From contig OZ038379.1 of NCBI GenBank assembly GCA_964036045.1, forward strand, positions 21,266,001-21,330,000: a stretch of DNA of 64,000 nt, in the 5' to 3' direction. The notes below the pieces were generated by a model. That model was not told the DNA's origin and did no database searches. It was given only the letters and a program-made list of their open reading frames with translations. Below are positions 27,001-38,635 of this stretch, piece by piece. The DNA comes from Eutreptiella sp. 'Long Island Sound 2002' (Eukaryota > Protista > Euglenida). How positions within the stretch are numbered: position 1 is the stretch's first letter; each line of letters begins with the position of its first letter. A program made the translations under genes and the position numbers.

Positions 27001-30000
27001 TAAATGAAATTGCCTAGCCAGTCAGCAACAGTTGTTGGGCAGCTACGGACACCACTTGCCATTCCCTCATAACAAATAGCATTTACCTGAAAGACGTTTA
27101 CAGTAGTCTGTACTTGATCACTGAAATTCGGCAATTAATTGACAGGTTTAGCTGATACCTCAGGCCAAGAAGATTAAGGGGGAGCGTTAGCGCGCCGGGC
27201 GCGCGCCAGGCATCTTTTTTTGACCATTACCCACCCATGCCTGTTTTTGCCCCCACCTCACCAAACAATTTGGAGTACATTCTTGCTGTGTCTAAGAATT
27301 TGGCCCATCCTTTGTACCCAGCTCATGACGATGGCAAGGGTGGTGGTTGGAAGTGGTGGGAGTGACATTTTGTGTTGTTGAATTCTCATATTTCGGCTTA
27401 TCCCCCCCCCCTTGCAAACTCCCCCCCCTTGCAATCTCCCCCCCCCCACCCGGGAGACCGTCACTTCCATGTTTTTCTACTTAATATGTATTGTGCTGGT
27501 TTGTGTTGCCCATCTGCTTTACGCATGGTCTTGCATTGCTTTCCCATTACTTTGAATCAAGCACCTGTGTGTGTTCTGTGATATTCTCTCTCCAAAGGCG
27601 TTGTATGGGTGTGTTGTGTTGCTACTTCAGACCCAAGATGTTTTCTCCCGGTGACCATGTACGGTACCACTCACGCACACTTGGTGCACATGTGTTGGCC
27701 ACTATTGTGGGGGCTTTGCCAAATGGGCCGCAGTTTTGCCACATTCGGTACATACACTCTGGTGGGGTCACTCCGGTGGATCATGAGAGTGCTCAACTCT
27801 CAAGGCTAGAGGCTGTGGCGGTTGAATCACCCAAGTCTCCAGAGTCACCGGATGTTACCCCCATGGCTCCGCAACCCCAAACACCGGCACAGCCCACACA
27901 CGTACCCAGAAGTTCTTTACCGTTCCTTTGGATCCTCAATAACATTTGTGTTCGATGAAGCACATTGGCATCAACGCGAAAGTCGCTTCACACGTGTTCT
28001 CTTTGCTTGCATCAGTGGAGGGTATCACAGTTTGCCTTGAAATACCCTTGCAATCCCCCCCCCCCCCCGGGAGACCGTCACGGGGTACAAGGTGCCTTGC
28101 AAAGAAGGTTTGCGGTCTAGTGCAGTCTACTTGGGGGACTTCCCAAGGTGAGGATAAACTTGGGGCTAGAGATAAGATATTTAATACAAAGGTAGCACAC
28201 CGGGCAAACATTCCCGCCTGTTCTCAGAGAAATTGGCCAAGTTGTTTGCAAGTTTCAAACCACAGTACCAAAGTGGAAACCCTTGGAGAGCTCTCATCTT
28301 GGCCTGCAGAAATGTTCTCAGATTCCACAAGGCGCATTGGACAACCTGGTTGCCCTTGAAAGGCACGCGCAGACACATCTGGCACACGTGGCTCTGGGGC
28401 AACGTGACCGGAGCTACACTGTGGGAGCATTCGCAGGATTCGCGCCTTCGTTGTCACGGCGACCGGTGCTGTGAGGAGCTCTGTCATCTGTTTGGCCGGA
28501 TCCTTGGTCTGTGGTACAAGTGCTGGCCGCTGTTTGCGCTTCACCTGGCGGTAATAAACCTGCTCACCCAAATTCTTTTTAGTGGGGTTGGGGTGGATTG
28601 TCCCGCAGCGGAGCTTTCCGTACCATGGGCTGACTGACGTGGATGCGGAGATCATCTCTCCGGGCACGCATGGTGGCATGGGCAGTTCGCTGCCCATGGC
28701 CTTGACTCCCAGCAGCATGTGGTACTGGAACCATGTCACCTAATACCGGATGTTTTTCTTGGCGTTTATAGGGAGTGCGGCGATGAATGTGTGAGGAATC
28801 CAGAGGCATGACACATGCTTCATGTTATCGGCTGTTTGCTGTAAGTAACCACTCATGGGCGTGTTGGTGCCACTCCCCCAAGGAGTGGGTCCACAGGTTA
28901 ATGAAGGCGGGGTGCCACTTGGGACATGTGATAAGGAGTTGGTGTGCAGTGGTGCCGTGGTGTTGCCCGCAAAGCTTGCTTGCCGGGGTATGCTGTTCCC
29001 ACGGTGCACCGTAGGCTTCCCATCTTAGATAGGCAGCAATTGCTGGACATCTTGTATGCGGCCGATATGCCCCCCCCCCCCCTTGCGCCCGGTCCTTCTA
29101 TTGGAACATTGCAATGAACTGGCGAACCTGTTAAACACCTACCAGTTGGCTAGCTGCTCATGTACAAGAACAATGACATGTCCTCACACACTGGGGGGCA
29201 CGGCTGTACCTGCACCTACGTCACGTGCAGAAACAATTTGGCCAGGCGACGGGGCGAACCACACACATGAATCTGGTGGCGGCCCAGGTGTCACACGGAG
29301 AATGGCAAAAACATTAGGTGGGGGAGGCTTTCAACGCCAACCAACAATTTTTCATGTGCTTGGCCACGGCCATACACCATCACACCTCACACACTCTACA
29401 CACGACTTACCACACACGGGTCCTGCGCACTTACAGACATGCATACATGCATGCCATCAACAACTTTGCCACGTTTCTGCTCGGCCGCCACTAGCAGCAA
29501 ATTTTCACCAAATACTAGAGATTCGGGTGCCGCTTCCGACGCTCGTGATACCCCGGCCTGCTACCATTCATGTGTGACGATGATCAAACCTAGGGGTTGG
29601 GCCTATGGCCCCCTCTCAACCAAATATCTTGCGTTCGGGATTTGGGGGAGTATCAGGAATACGTTGGTTCACCAGTTTCCAGTAAGAGATATGGACGGTC
29701 TAGTATTATGCGCTGTGGAGCGGCATCGTCGTTGTCGGGGGTTCGAACCCTGTTTCCCCCACCCGTCCAGGCGCCTGTTGGCGATGCCCCCACCACAGCC
29801 CCCTTCAGCAGCCCGCTCCACCACTGGTACCGCCGGTGGATGGGTGGTGTGCCTCATCGTCATAAGTTTTCTCCCATGCAACACACCGCACCACAAAATG
29901 CCACAACACCACACGTGTAGCAGTGCGCCCCGCCACCGGCGCGGCCAATCGACAGCTGGCGCATCTCATCGTATTCTTCTTCTGCTTCAGCGGAGTTCAA

Positions 30001-30151
30001 CCGGCAACTTCGATGCTGCCGCCGGTAGCACTATCTCTGCACTGAGGCTGCCAGCAAGTACATTTCTAGACACCAATACCTACGGTTGTTGTAGGTAGAC
30101 AGTGCAGGTCCTTTCTGACTCTCTTTCAGCAACCCCGAATTGGATCACATG
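26180..30151 (+). repeat. Direct repeat R, copy 1 (~4.0 kb) of the R-core-R-core-R amplification
   Basis: Begins CCTGTCTACGGAAATGGGCCTAAG. Its shared sequence with copy 3 ends at CCCGAATTGGATCACATG. The same ORF set recurs at offsets +9476 and ~+23622. Confidence 0.92.
27638..27958 (+). CDS. Small 106-aa ORF in repeat R (MFSPGDHVRYHSRTLGAHVLATIVG...), Tudor/SH3-barrel-like N-terminus plus a Pro/Ser-rich tail; copy 1
   Basis: The ATG lies 7 nt after a pyrimidine-rich CAG (27630). The F.PGD.V.Y pattern is reminiscent of Tudor/KOW beta-barrels. The frame is open in all three R copies. Confidence 0.4.
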   Translation: MFSPGDHVRYHSRTLGAHVLATIVGALPNGPQFCHIRYIHSGGVTPVDHESAQLSRLEAVAVESPKSPESPDVTPMAPQPQTPAQPTHVPRSSLPFLWILNNICVR

Positions 30152-31056
30152 CAAGATGTCCATGTATGCATTTCCATTGATGTTACGAACTGAACCACAC
30201 GCAAAATGATGACCATGTGTTGCTAGCTTTTTGACAGAACTCATATGGGTCACTTGGCGCAGGCCTCTTGTATAACAAATAAAGAAACCCTTGGAGAGCT
30301 CTCATAAAGGAACAATCATTCCAAACAATGATGTTTGCGGCGATTAAGGTTATATACGCAGGAGGTAAGGAAGTCAGCAAAGCACAGCATGGGGATATGG
30401 TTTGGATGTGCTTCCTCCTATGCCCCCTGTGCCACGGAAGAAGTTGAAGGGAGAGAAGGCCTTGCCAAGTGGGCCACAGTCTCTCCTTTGTAGAGAGCAA
30501 TTGTGTAAATAGGTCAATGTGCATACCCCCCTTGGGTATCGTTCTTGTGGACAAGTACCCCAAATGGCTATTTGATGGTGGTTTTTCCTTCTTATTGTAG
30601 GTTTTGGTGGTTTTGGCTTTAAAGAGAATTATTGTGGGCATGTGGCACCAGCAGCAGCATGTGAAAGTACCCCGGTTGCCTGTCAGCATGGAAACCAAGC
30701 CCCCCATGCCCACTTGGTATCAACATCGGTGGATTGGGGTGGTCACCAATGGTTCTATGACCATTGATGAACATTGAATGCTGTTGACCACTGTGTTGTA
30801 CATCGTGTGGTGCGGTGGTCAGCTGTGAAACAAAGGTGAATAGGTGTTTAGCAATGGTTCAATGGTGAGCCATGAACGTTGAACCCTGTTCACTGGGCGT
30901 CTTGGTCCAAAGTAAGCACGCAAGGAAGATACGAAAAATCGGGCATCCCATTTTGGCGCAAAAACGCATGAATTGAGAATACATGCCTTTGATATCAATA
31001 CTGTGCTGCATTCTCGCTTCTCTGTCTACGTTTGGTGTTGCATCATTGCAGATGTC

Positions 31057-33213
31057 ATGACCAATCTCTGCTTGCTGACTGACCAGCAGGTTCAGGATTT
31101 CATAGCCTACGGATATCTGCAGCTCTCACCCCCGCCTTCAGAAACTGACGAGCTTGGGCCAACTTACCACAAGGATATTTTCGCCGCAGCCCTTGATCTG
31201 GGGATCAAAGCGGATGTACTTGGCAACAACATTCTGCCGGCAATGCCCGAATTGGTCCATGTCTTCGAGTCTCAACGGGTCCATGGCGCGCTGACCAGTC
31301 TTCTGGGGCCTGGGTATGTCATGCATCCGCATCGCTTTTGTCACAAGAGTAGCCCTGGGCGCAAGGCACAGCAGTGGCACCGTGACTCGTACTGGGGGCA
31401 TCACCGCCCCCGCAACCACGTGCCGTACTGGGTGATGGCTTTGTACTTCCCACAGGACACTCCCCTGGAGCTGGGCCCCACGGGGGTGTTGCCCTGCAGC
31501 CAGTACTACAGCTACGACACCGAGGATGGCCCGCCTGCGACCCCCTTCCGCTGTGGCCAGTTCTCTGCTGCGGATGTTGCACACGGTGTCCCGACAGCCT
31601 GGCATGTGCGGGAGCACCCGCTGGTGTGCCCTGCGGGAACTGTGGTGCTGATACACTACGATTTGTGGCATCGGGGGCCCGCGAATGTGTCCGCGGACGG
31701 CGTGCGGTTCATGTTCAAGTTCCAGTTTTGCCGCATGACGAGCCCCACAGCGGCGCCGCGGGCGTGGGACTGCAGAACGACCACGCCGTGCTGGACGCGC
31801 TTCTGGAAGGAGGAGGAGCATGGCGCAGTGCCGCCGTCCGTGGAGTATGAGGCAGCAGCGGGACACGGGGCCATTGAGGAGGTCCTGGCACAACGGGGCC
31901 TGGCTCAGCTCTCGGGCATCGCCAAAGCCGAGGTGATGTTGCTGATGGAGCTCGCAACGGCGGCGATGCAGAGCTCTGCGGAGACTGGCACTGAAGGAAC
32001 GGGCACAGGGGCTGGGTCAGTGACAGAGGCCGGAGGAGGAGTAGCCGTCGAGGGGGAGGAGGAGGAGGAAGGCACAGTGTCCAAACCAGGGGCAGGGGCA
32101 GGGGCAGGGGCAGGGGCAGGGGCAGGGGCAGGGGCAGACTTTGGAAGTGAGGCCCGGCGCATCATCGAAGCGGCATACCAGCATCGGTTGGCGGCGGAGC
32201 GTACCGCGTTCAGGAACGCGCACCTGTTGCCCGTGTGGGAGGGCGTGTGGGCCCGGCTCTGTGGCATTGCCCCCCCCGGTGCTGATGCCAGCGACGCGCA
32301 GGTGCGGGCCTGGCAGGAAGCGCTGTGCGCGCCGGGGGCTGCGCACGAGCCCCAGCGTGTCGCTGCGGCCTGGCGGCTGGGCGGCTGGGCCTACGGGAGT
32401 GCGGAGCGGGCCCGGGCCCTCATCGCGCGGCTGAACGCTTTGGGGGTACTGCAACGGCGTGCGGGGCTGCAGACGGTGGAGGCCATGGGACGTGTGGCGG
32501 TGCCGGCGCTGCTGGCGGTGCCCTCATTGGGAGACGGCCCCTTCGCAGTGTGCGCCCTGGGGCGTGTGCTGCACGGCACTGCGTGGGCGACAGAGGCCGG
32601 GGCGGTGGCAGGGGCGGCGATGACGGGGGCGGTGGCAGTGGGCACAACTCGGGGCGAAGAGGGCACAGTGCCCGAGGCCGGGGCAGTGACAGGGGCGGGG
32701 GCGCTACTCGACAGTGCAGGGCACCGGATTCAGCAGCTCTGCGCTTCGCCGGACCTGTCAGTGCAGTTGTGCGCTGTCGAGGCCTTGGGGTACGTCTTGC
32801 GGCCGGAGAGCGCAGGCGCACTGCTGCGCGTGGCCGCGTCGGACTGTGCGGGCGACGTGCGGGCCGCCGCGTGCCTGGGGCTCTTGCAGCAGCTGAACGC
32901 CGGGGCGCTGGATGCGGAGCTGCCGGCCACACGCGCGAAGCTGCTGAAGCTGCAGGAATCGGAGTCGCACCGCTACGTCGCGGCGTACGCGGCGGAGGGG
33001 GTGCACCAGATTGATCGGCGCCTGCGGGAGGGCGGTGCGCTTGAGGCAGCGACGGGGCCGATGGCGCTGCGCCCGCCCGGGGCCAAGCGTACGCTTGTGC
33101 GGTGGTGCAGTCACGGGGACGGCTGGCAGGTCACGGAGGGTGTGACGGAGGAGGAGGGGCCGGTCCCTGCGCTGGTGCTCCCGGACCGTGTGAAGTTGCG
33201 GACCAATGACTAG
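31057..33213 (+). CDS. Intronless phytanoyl-CoA dioxygenase (PhyH)-family 2OG-Fe(II) dioxygenase fused to HEAT/PBS-lyase-like repeats, 718 aa
   Basis: The N-terminus LLTDQQVQDFIAYGY, the HxD motif QQWHRDSYWG, the LGPTGVLP strand and the distal His in HYDLWHRG are PhyH hallmarks. The C-terminal helical repeats are RVAAAWRLG, QLCAVEALG, DVRAAACLGL and RYVAAYAAEG. A Gly/Ala/Glu linker joins the parts. The start is set at the ATG after the CAG at 31051, since the track ORF begins at a non-ATG codon. Confidence 0.9.
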   Translation: MTNLCLLTDQQVQDFIAYGYLQLSPPPSETDELGPTYHKDIFAAALDLGIKADVLGNNILPAMPELVHVFESQRVHGALTSLLGPGYVMHPHRFCHKSSPGRKAQQWHRDSYWGHHRPRNHVPYWVMALYFPQDTPLELGPTGVLPCSQYYSYDTEDGPPATPFRCGQFSAADVAHGVPTAWHVREHPLVCPAGTVVLIHYDLWHRGPANVSADGVRFMFKFQFCRMTSPTAAPRAWDCRTTTPCWTRFWKEEEHGAVPPSVEYEAAAGHGAIEEVLAQRGLAQLSGIAKAEVMLLMELATAAMQSSAETGTEGTGTGAGSVTEAGGGVAVEGEEEEEGTVSKPGAGAGAGAGAGAGAGADFGSEARRIIEAAYQHRLAAERTAFRNAHLLPVWEGVWARLCGIAPPGADASDAQVRAWQEALCAPGAAHEPQRVAAAWRLGGWAYGSAERARALIARLNALGVLQRRAGLQTVEAMGRVAVPALLAVPSLGDGPFAVCALGRVLHGTAWATEAGAVAGAAMTGAVAVGTTRGEEGTVPEAGAVTGAGALLDSAGHRIQQLCASPDLSVQLCAVEALGYVLRPESAGALLRVAASDCAGDVRAAACLGLLQQLNAGALDAELPATRAKLLKLQESESHRYVAAYAAEGVHQIDRRLREGGALEAATGPMALRPPGAKRTLVRWCSHGDGWQVTEGVTEEEGPVPALVLPDRVKLRTND

Positions 33214-33768
33214 TCGCTGGAGTCTCGCCACCGGACCCGACCAGACGGCGGTGGGCATTGGACTTCGAAGGGGTTGGACCCTCCGGGCCCCTGTGAGACG
33301 GTGTCTGATGCGCTGTTGCTGTTGCTTTGGGTGCAGCCACGGGGCCCCCACTTGTGATGAGTGGCCAACCGCTTTTTGCATCCCACTTACGTGTGTTCAG
33401 AATACTCGGAATGAAATGGGGAACTCAAATAGGCCACAAAACCAACGGAAAACATATTTGACCCTCCCCTCAGGCTGCGGGTCCAGCACTGCACTGCAGC
33501 GCCCCCCATGGATGCAGCAATGCAGCTGTCATCGACTCTGAGTGTCCGCCTTGCGATATCTCCGGTGACCTGACAGTGGATGCAACAGGCAGAGGATATC
33601 ATCAGTTGGGGCCATGTGACCAGTCGTGATCCCATCAAACTCGCGACTGGTTTGCGAGTTCCCTTCCCGTGTGGCTGCCTCTTGCCACGGCTACACCTGC
33701 TGGGACGCCGACGCAAGCAGTCGATTCGACCGCTTGCCACACCAGTCCCCATCTGTTATGATGTGCAG

Positions 33769-34233
33769 TACTTTAAGGGTGAGGATGGCGACAAAGTACT
33801 GCTTGATGTGACTGTAAAGACTCCATCAGTTGATAAAAATGGTGAAGTGAGGATTTATGTTGGTGGTGGCCATTGGGTACCGTTGCTCGACTTGTCTTCT
33901 CGCCGATATGACCGCGGTGGCACACCCGGCGATAAGTTCACGCCAATACACGTGTTGGCTGCAGCTGGTGGCTCAGGGCTTGTGTGGCTCATGTGGGACA
34001 ACGAAAACCAACGCCCAGTGGCTGCTAAGGTTGGCTACATGAATGAGACTTCCATTGAAGATGAGAAGAATGTGTATGATCAAATGGTCAAGAAACTTGG
34101 GGCCAAAAAGAAGTACCTGTTGAAGGTGCATGGCTACGACAGAATCTTCAAGGTGGATCGTGGTGTCAAAACCGATGACCATCATGATTGGATCGTCACG
34201 TTGCTAGGCTTAGAGACAGGTCCATTTGGATGA
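33769..34233 (+). pseudogene. Protein kinase N-lobe fragment, copy 1
   Basis: FTPIHVLAAAGGSGLVWLMWDNENQRPVAAKVG gives a Gly-rich loop and VAxK, with an alphaC Glu (SIEDEKNVY). The frame stops before the catalytic loop. Broken-frame remnants GPSLMSCL and VHR/GDVPPNL follow. Confidence 0.65.
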
Positions 34234-37113
34234 TCCAATGCACGCAGCACATTCCCAGGAAGAAGTCGGGCCCTCCCTCATGTCATGCCTTCAGTACTTT
34301 GGAAAGATAGCGCCAACAGGGAGACTGGTGGTTTGGTGGCAGCAACTCAGCACCAACACAGCCCCAGCGGCATGATGTGGGTTCGCAGTCTGGTGCACCG
34401 CCGGGGGTGATGTGCCGCCCAACCTGCCATATGGGACAAGGGGAGGGGGTGAGGGATGCTGGGGAGGAGTGGCTCAATCCCTCTTCATGCATTTATCTGC
34501 AGGTACCCTGGGGCCATCCTCTTGGGACTTTTGTCTGATGGCACATGTGCCTTTTTCGCCCCGTAATTGCACCTCCAGTCTGCATTGCAGCCAAAATGTT
34601 GCCCATGGCCTGCGTCTAATGTGAAGTCAATGTACCCGCCTCCCCTCTTGTCCAAGATACGGCACATTCGTGACGGCGCCTCCTGTGCACAGGGGCCGCT
34701 GCCGGTCAGGACCCGACCCCAAAAGGGAGGGGGGGGGGGGCTCTACGCCAAGATACGGAGGGCTTGTGTGCCAAATTTTTTTGCGACCTGATTTGACTGG
34801 TCTTAATTTCCAACTGTGAGGAAACCTGCCCGGTTTGCATGCCTTTTCAGAGGTTTGTTGGTTGCAGTTGTTGTAGATATGTGATTTGGGCACCATTCTG
34901 ATTGTTTTGAGCCACTGCACCTCCTTCTGGGCAGCATTTGGCGATGGCATGGACCATTCTGGTGGACGGGTTGCCCACACTCGATGAAGTGGATGGTCCC
35001 TGGGACGAAGGTTGGCTGTGGGACTTGGGGCTTGGCAAAGGTGTTCAGGGGCAGTAGTATGTGACAAAGACCTCATGCAATCCAGTTTTCTGCCCCAACA
35101 ATTTCAAGTTGCCAAAGGCTCAAGCTGAGTTGTCTTCTCACCCCAAGCCAAAGCCCAAACCCAAGCCAAGGCCGCCGGTGGCGATGTCTGATTGTTTCGA
35201 ATGAAATAGGACAGTGCCTGCTCCCAATGGGGCGTACTTCTGCAATTATACTGTTCTGCATCATCGAAATGTTGTGCATTTGTGTGTGTGTTTGGCAGAA
35301 GGCACACCGTGCATGCTGTGGGTCACAGATGCAATCGTATTGTGCATGTGTCAACCACCACAACAGGCAGCTTGTCCACAGTGGGTGCATGTACCGTATC
35401 AATCTGGGACTTCAGCTTATCTTGTACAAGGGAGGGCGGTGGGGGGATGAGAAGCACCGTTGTGGCATTGTGTCTTTGGAATGAGATGTGTTAGTAGAAG
35501 ATCAGCATGAATGTGCGTCTTGTGTGGTTGCGCGCGTGTACCTACCCACAGCCTGTGGGGAACCTTGCCCTTGTGCATGCACCAACGCATGATCAGCCGG
35601 ATAGGAGGCATTGGCGCTGTCCCAGAAGCAGAAGAAGAAGCGGGTTCTATTGGCTCCTGTCTACGGAAATGGGCCTAAGCTCGTAGTGTGCTTTCCTTCC
35701 TTCCACAGAGCCCCTGTCGATTGACTGAAGTCATCGCCTTGGCGATCATTCTAGGCATGACTTCCCAGCTGTATTCCTTCAGCTGAGCAATTTGGCTTGG
35801 CTTTGCCGATCCTCTTTGCTTGTTGCGCTCTCTTTTTGGTGTTGACCTGCCCTCAGCCTGAGCAGTGCAGGGGGCCATGATGGCACGGCAGAGCATGCTA
35901 TTGAACCAGTCCACTCAGGAGGCTCTGCTTGGGGGTAGGATTCCTGTCGAAAGGTAGTTGCTGTACATCTGCCAGGCAGTGTGATGCAGTGCCTGCAGTT
36001 GGTGTCGCCGGCTGCTTTCCCACGGTTGTCTGGCCCCAGAGAGTCGCCCACCGTAACCATGATTTCACTATGCAGTTTGAGGAACACTTTGCATCTGATG
36101 TGTGACGTGCATCGCCATGCTTGCTCTCCCATGTCACACTCCTCGAAGACGATGGATGCAATGAAGTCCATCAGCACGGGGTGCTGCATGCATCCTGTGT
36201 TGTGCCATGCCATATGAACCGACTTGGCATCCCCCCTTGTGAGAGCAACGCCCTTGTCAAAGCAACAGTAAGTGTTGTTTGCAACTCTTGGAACCATGTC
36301 TTGCTTTGCCCTTTGTAAAGACATTCCATTGTCAGAGCAACAGTCGGTGATGTTTCCCTCAAATTTTGGGAAATTAGTGTTGCTCTCGCAAGGAGGGGGC
36401 GGGGTACGACTGTCCTTGATCGGGGAAAAAAAACCACTCGTTCCATCACCAAAAAACATTGCACAACACAGCAAAATAAATGAAATTGCCTAGCCAGTCA
36501 GCAACAGTTGTTGGGCAGCTACGGACACCACTTGCCATTCCCTCATAACAAATAGCATTTACCTGAAAGACGTTTACAGTAGTCTGTACTTGATCACTGA
36601 AATTCGGCAATTAATTGACAGGTTTAGCTGATACCTCAGGCCAAGAAGATTAAGGGGGAGCGTTAGCGCGCCGGGCGCGCGCCAGGCATCTTTTTTTGAC
36701 CATTACCCACCCATGCCTGTTTTTGCCCCCACCTCACCAAACAATTTGGAGTACATTCTTGCTGTGTCTAAGAATTTGGCCCATCCTTTGTACCCAGCTC
36801 ATGACGATGGCAAGGGTGGTGGTTGGAAGTGGTGGGAGTGACATTTTGTGTTGTTGAATTCTCATATTTCGGCTTATACCCCCCCCCCCCTTGTAACCCC
36901 CCCCCCTTGCAATCCCCCCCCCCACCCGGGAGACCGTCACTTCCATGTTTTTCTACTTAATATGTATTGTGCTGGTTTGTGTTGCCCATCTGCTTTACGC
37001 ATGGTCTTGCATTGCTTTCCCATTACTTTGAATCAAGCACCTGTGTGTGTTCTGTGATATTCTCTCTCCAAAGGCGTTGTATGGGTGTGTTGTGTTGCTA
37101 CTTCAGACCCAAG

Positions 37114-37434
37114 ATGTTTTCTCCCGGTGACCATGTACGGTACCACTCACGCACACTTGGTGCACATGTGTTGGCCACTGTTGTGGGGGCTTCGCCAAAT
37201 GGGCCGCAGTTTTGCCACATTCGGTACATACACTCTGGTGGGGTCACTCCGGTGGATCATGAGAGTGTTCAACTCTCAAGGCTAGAGGTTGTGGCGGTTG
37301 AATCACCCAAGTCTCCAGAGTCACCGGATGTTACCCCCATGGCTCCGCAACCCCAAACACCGGCACAGCCCACACACGTACCCAGAAGTTCTTTACCGTT
37401 CCTTTGGATCCTCAATAACATTTGTGTTGGATGA
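37114..37434 (+). CDS. Small Tudor-like ORF in repeat R, copy 2
   Basis: Paralogue of 27638-27958 with a few substitutions. Confidence 0.4.
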   Translation: MFSPGDHVRYHSRTLGAHVLATVVGASPNGPQFCHIRYIHSGGVTPVDHESVQLSRLEVVAVESPKSPESPDVTPMAPQPQTPAQPTHVPRSSLPFLWILNNICVG

Positions 37435-38635
37435 AGCATATTGGCATCAACGCGAAAGTCGCTTCACACGTGTTCTCTTTGCTTGCATCAGTGGAGGGTA
37501 TCACAGTTTGCCTTGAAATACCCTTGCAATCCCCCCCCCCCCCGGGAGACCGTCACTTGGCGACCGTCTCCCCCCCCCCGGGAGACCGTCGCACGCTAAC
37601 CCGGGAGTTTGCAAGGGGGGCGGGGGGTACAAGGTGCCTTGCAGAGAAGGTTTGCGGTCTAGTGCAGTCTACTTGGGGGACTTCCCAAGGTGAGGATAAA
37701 CTTGGGGCTAGAGATAAGATATTTAATACAAAGGTAGCACACCGGGCAAACATTCCCGCCTGTTCTCAGAGAAATTGGCCAAGTTGTTTGCAAGTTTCAA
37801 ACCACAGTACCAAAGTGGAAACCCTTGGAGAGCTCTCATCTTGGCCTGCAGAAATGTTCTCAGATTCCACAAGGCGCATTGGACAACCTGGTTGCCCTTG
37901 AAAGGCACGCGCAGACACATCTGGCACACGTGGCTCTGGGGCAACGTGACCGGAGCTACACTGTGGGAGCATTCGCAGGATTCGCGCCTTCGTTGTCACG
38001 GCGACCGGTGCTGTGAGGAGCTCTGTCATCTGTTTGGCCGGATCCTTGGTCTGTGGTACAAGTGCTGGCCGCTGTTTGCGCTTCACCTGGCGGTAATAAA
38101 CCTGCTCACCCAAATTCTTTTTAGTGGGGTTGGGGTGGATTGTCCCGCAGCGGAGCTTTCCGTACCATGGGCTGACTGACGTTGATGCGGAGATCATCTC
38201 TCCGGGCACGCATGGTGGTATGGGCAGTTCGCTGCCCATGGCCTTGACTCCCAGCAGCATGTGGTACTGGAACCATGTCACCTGATACCGGATGTTTTTC
38301 TTGGCGTTTATAGGGAGTGTGGCGATGAATGTGTGAGGAATCCAGAGGCATGACACATGCTTCATGTCATCGGCTGTTTGCTGTAAGTAACCACTCATGG
38401 GCGTGTTGGTGCCACTCCCCCAAGGAGTGGGTCCACAGGTTAATGAAGGCGGGGTGCCACTTGGGACATGTGATAAGGAGTTGTTGTGCAGTGGTGCCGT
38501 GGTGTTGCCCGCAAAGCTTGCTTGCCGGGGTATGTTGTTCCCACGGTGCACCGTAGGCTTCCCATCTTAGATAGGCAGCAATTGCTGGACATCTTGTATG
38601 CGGCCGATATGCCCCCCCCCCCCTTGCGCCCGGTC

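Noticed and set aside
29440-30150. Penelope-like RT C-terminus relic in R
   Set aside because: The resemblance is faint and spread over broken frames. It is not supportable without an HMM search.
31138-33381. Numerous overlapping ORFs on both strands over the dioxygenase gene (and 45288-47526)
   Set aside because: These are shadow ORFs of GC-rich coding sequence.
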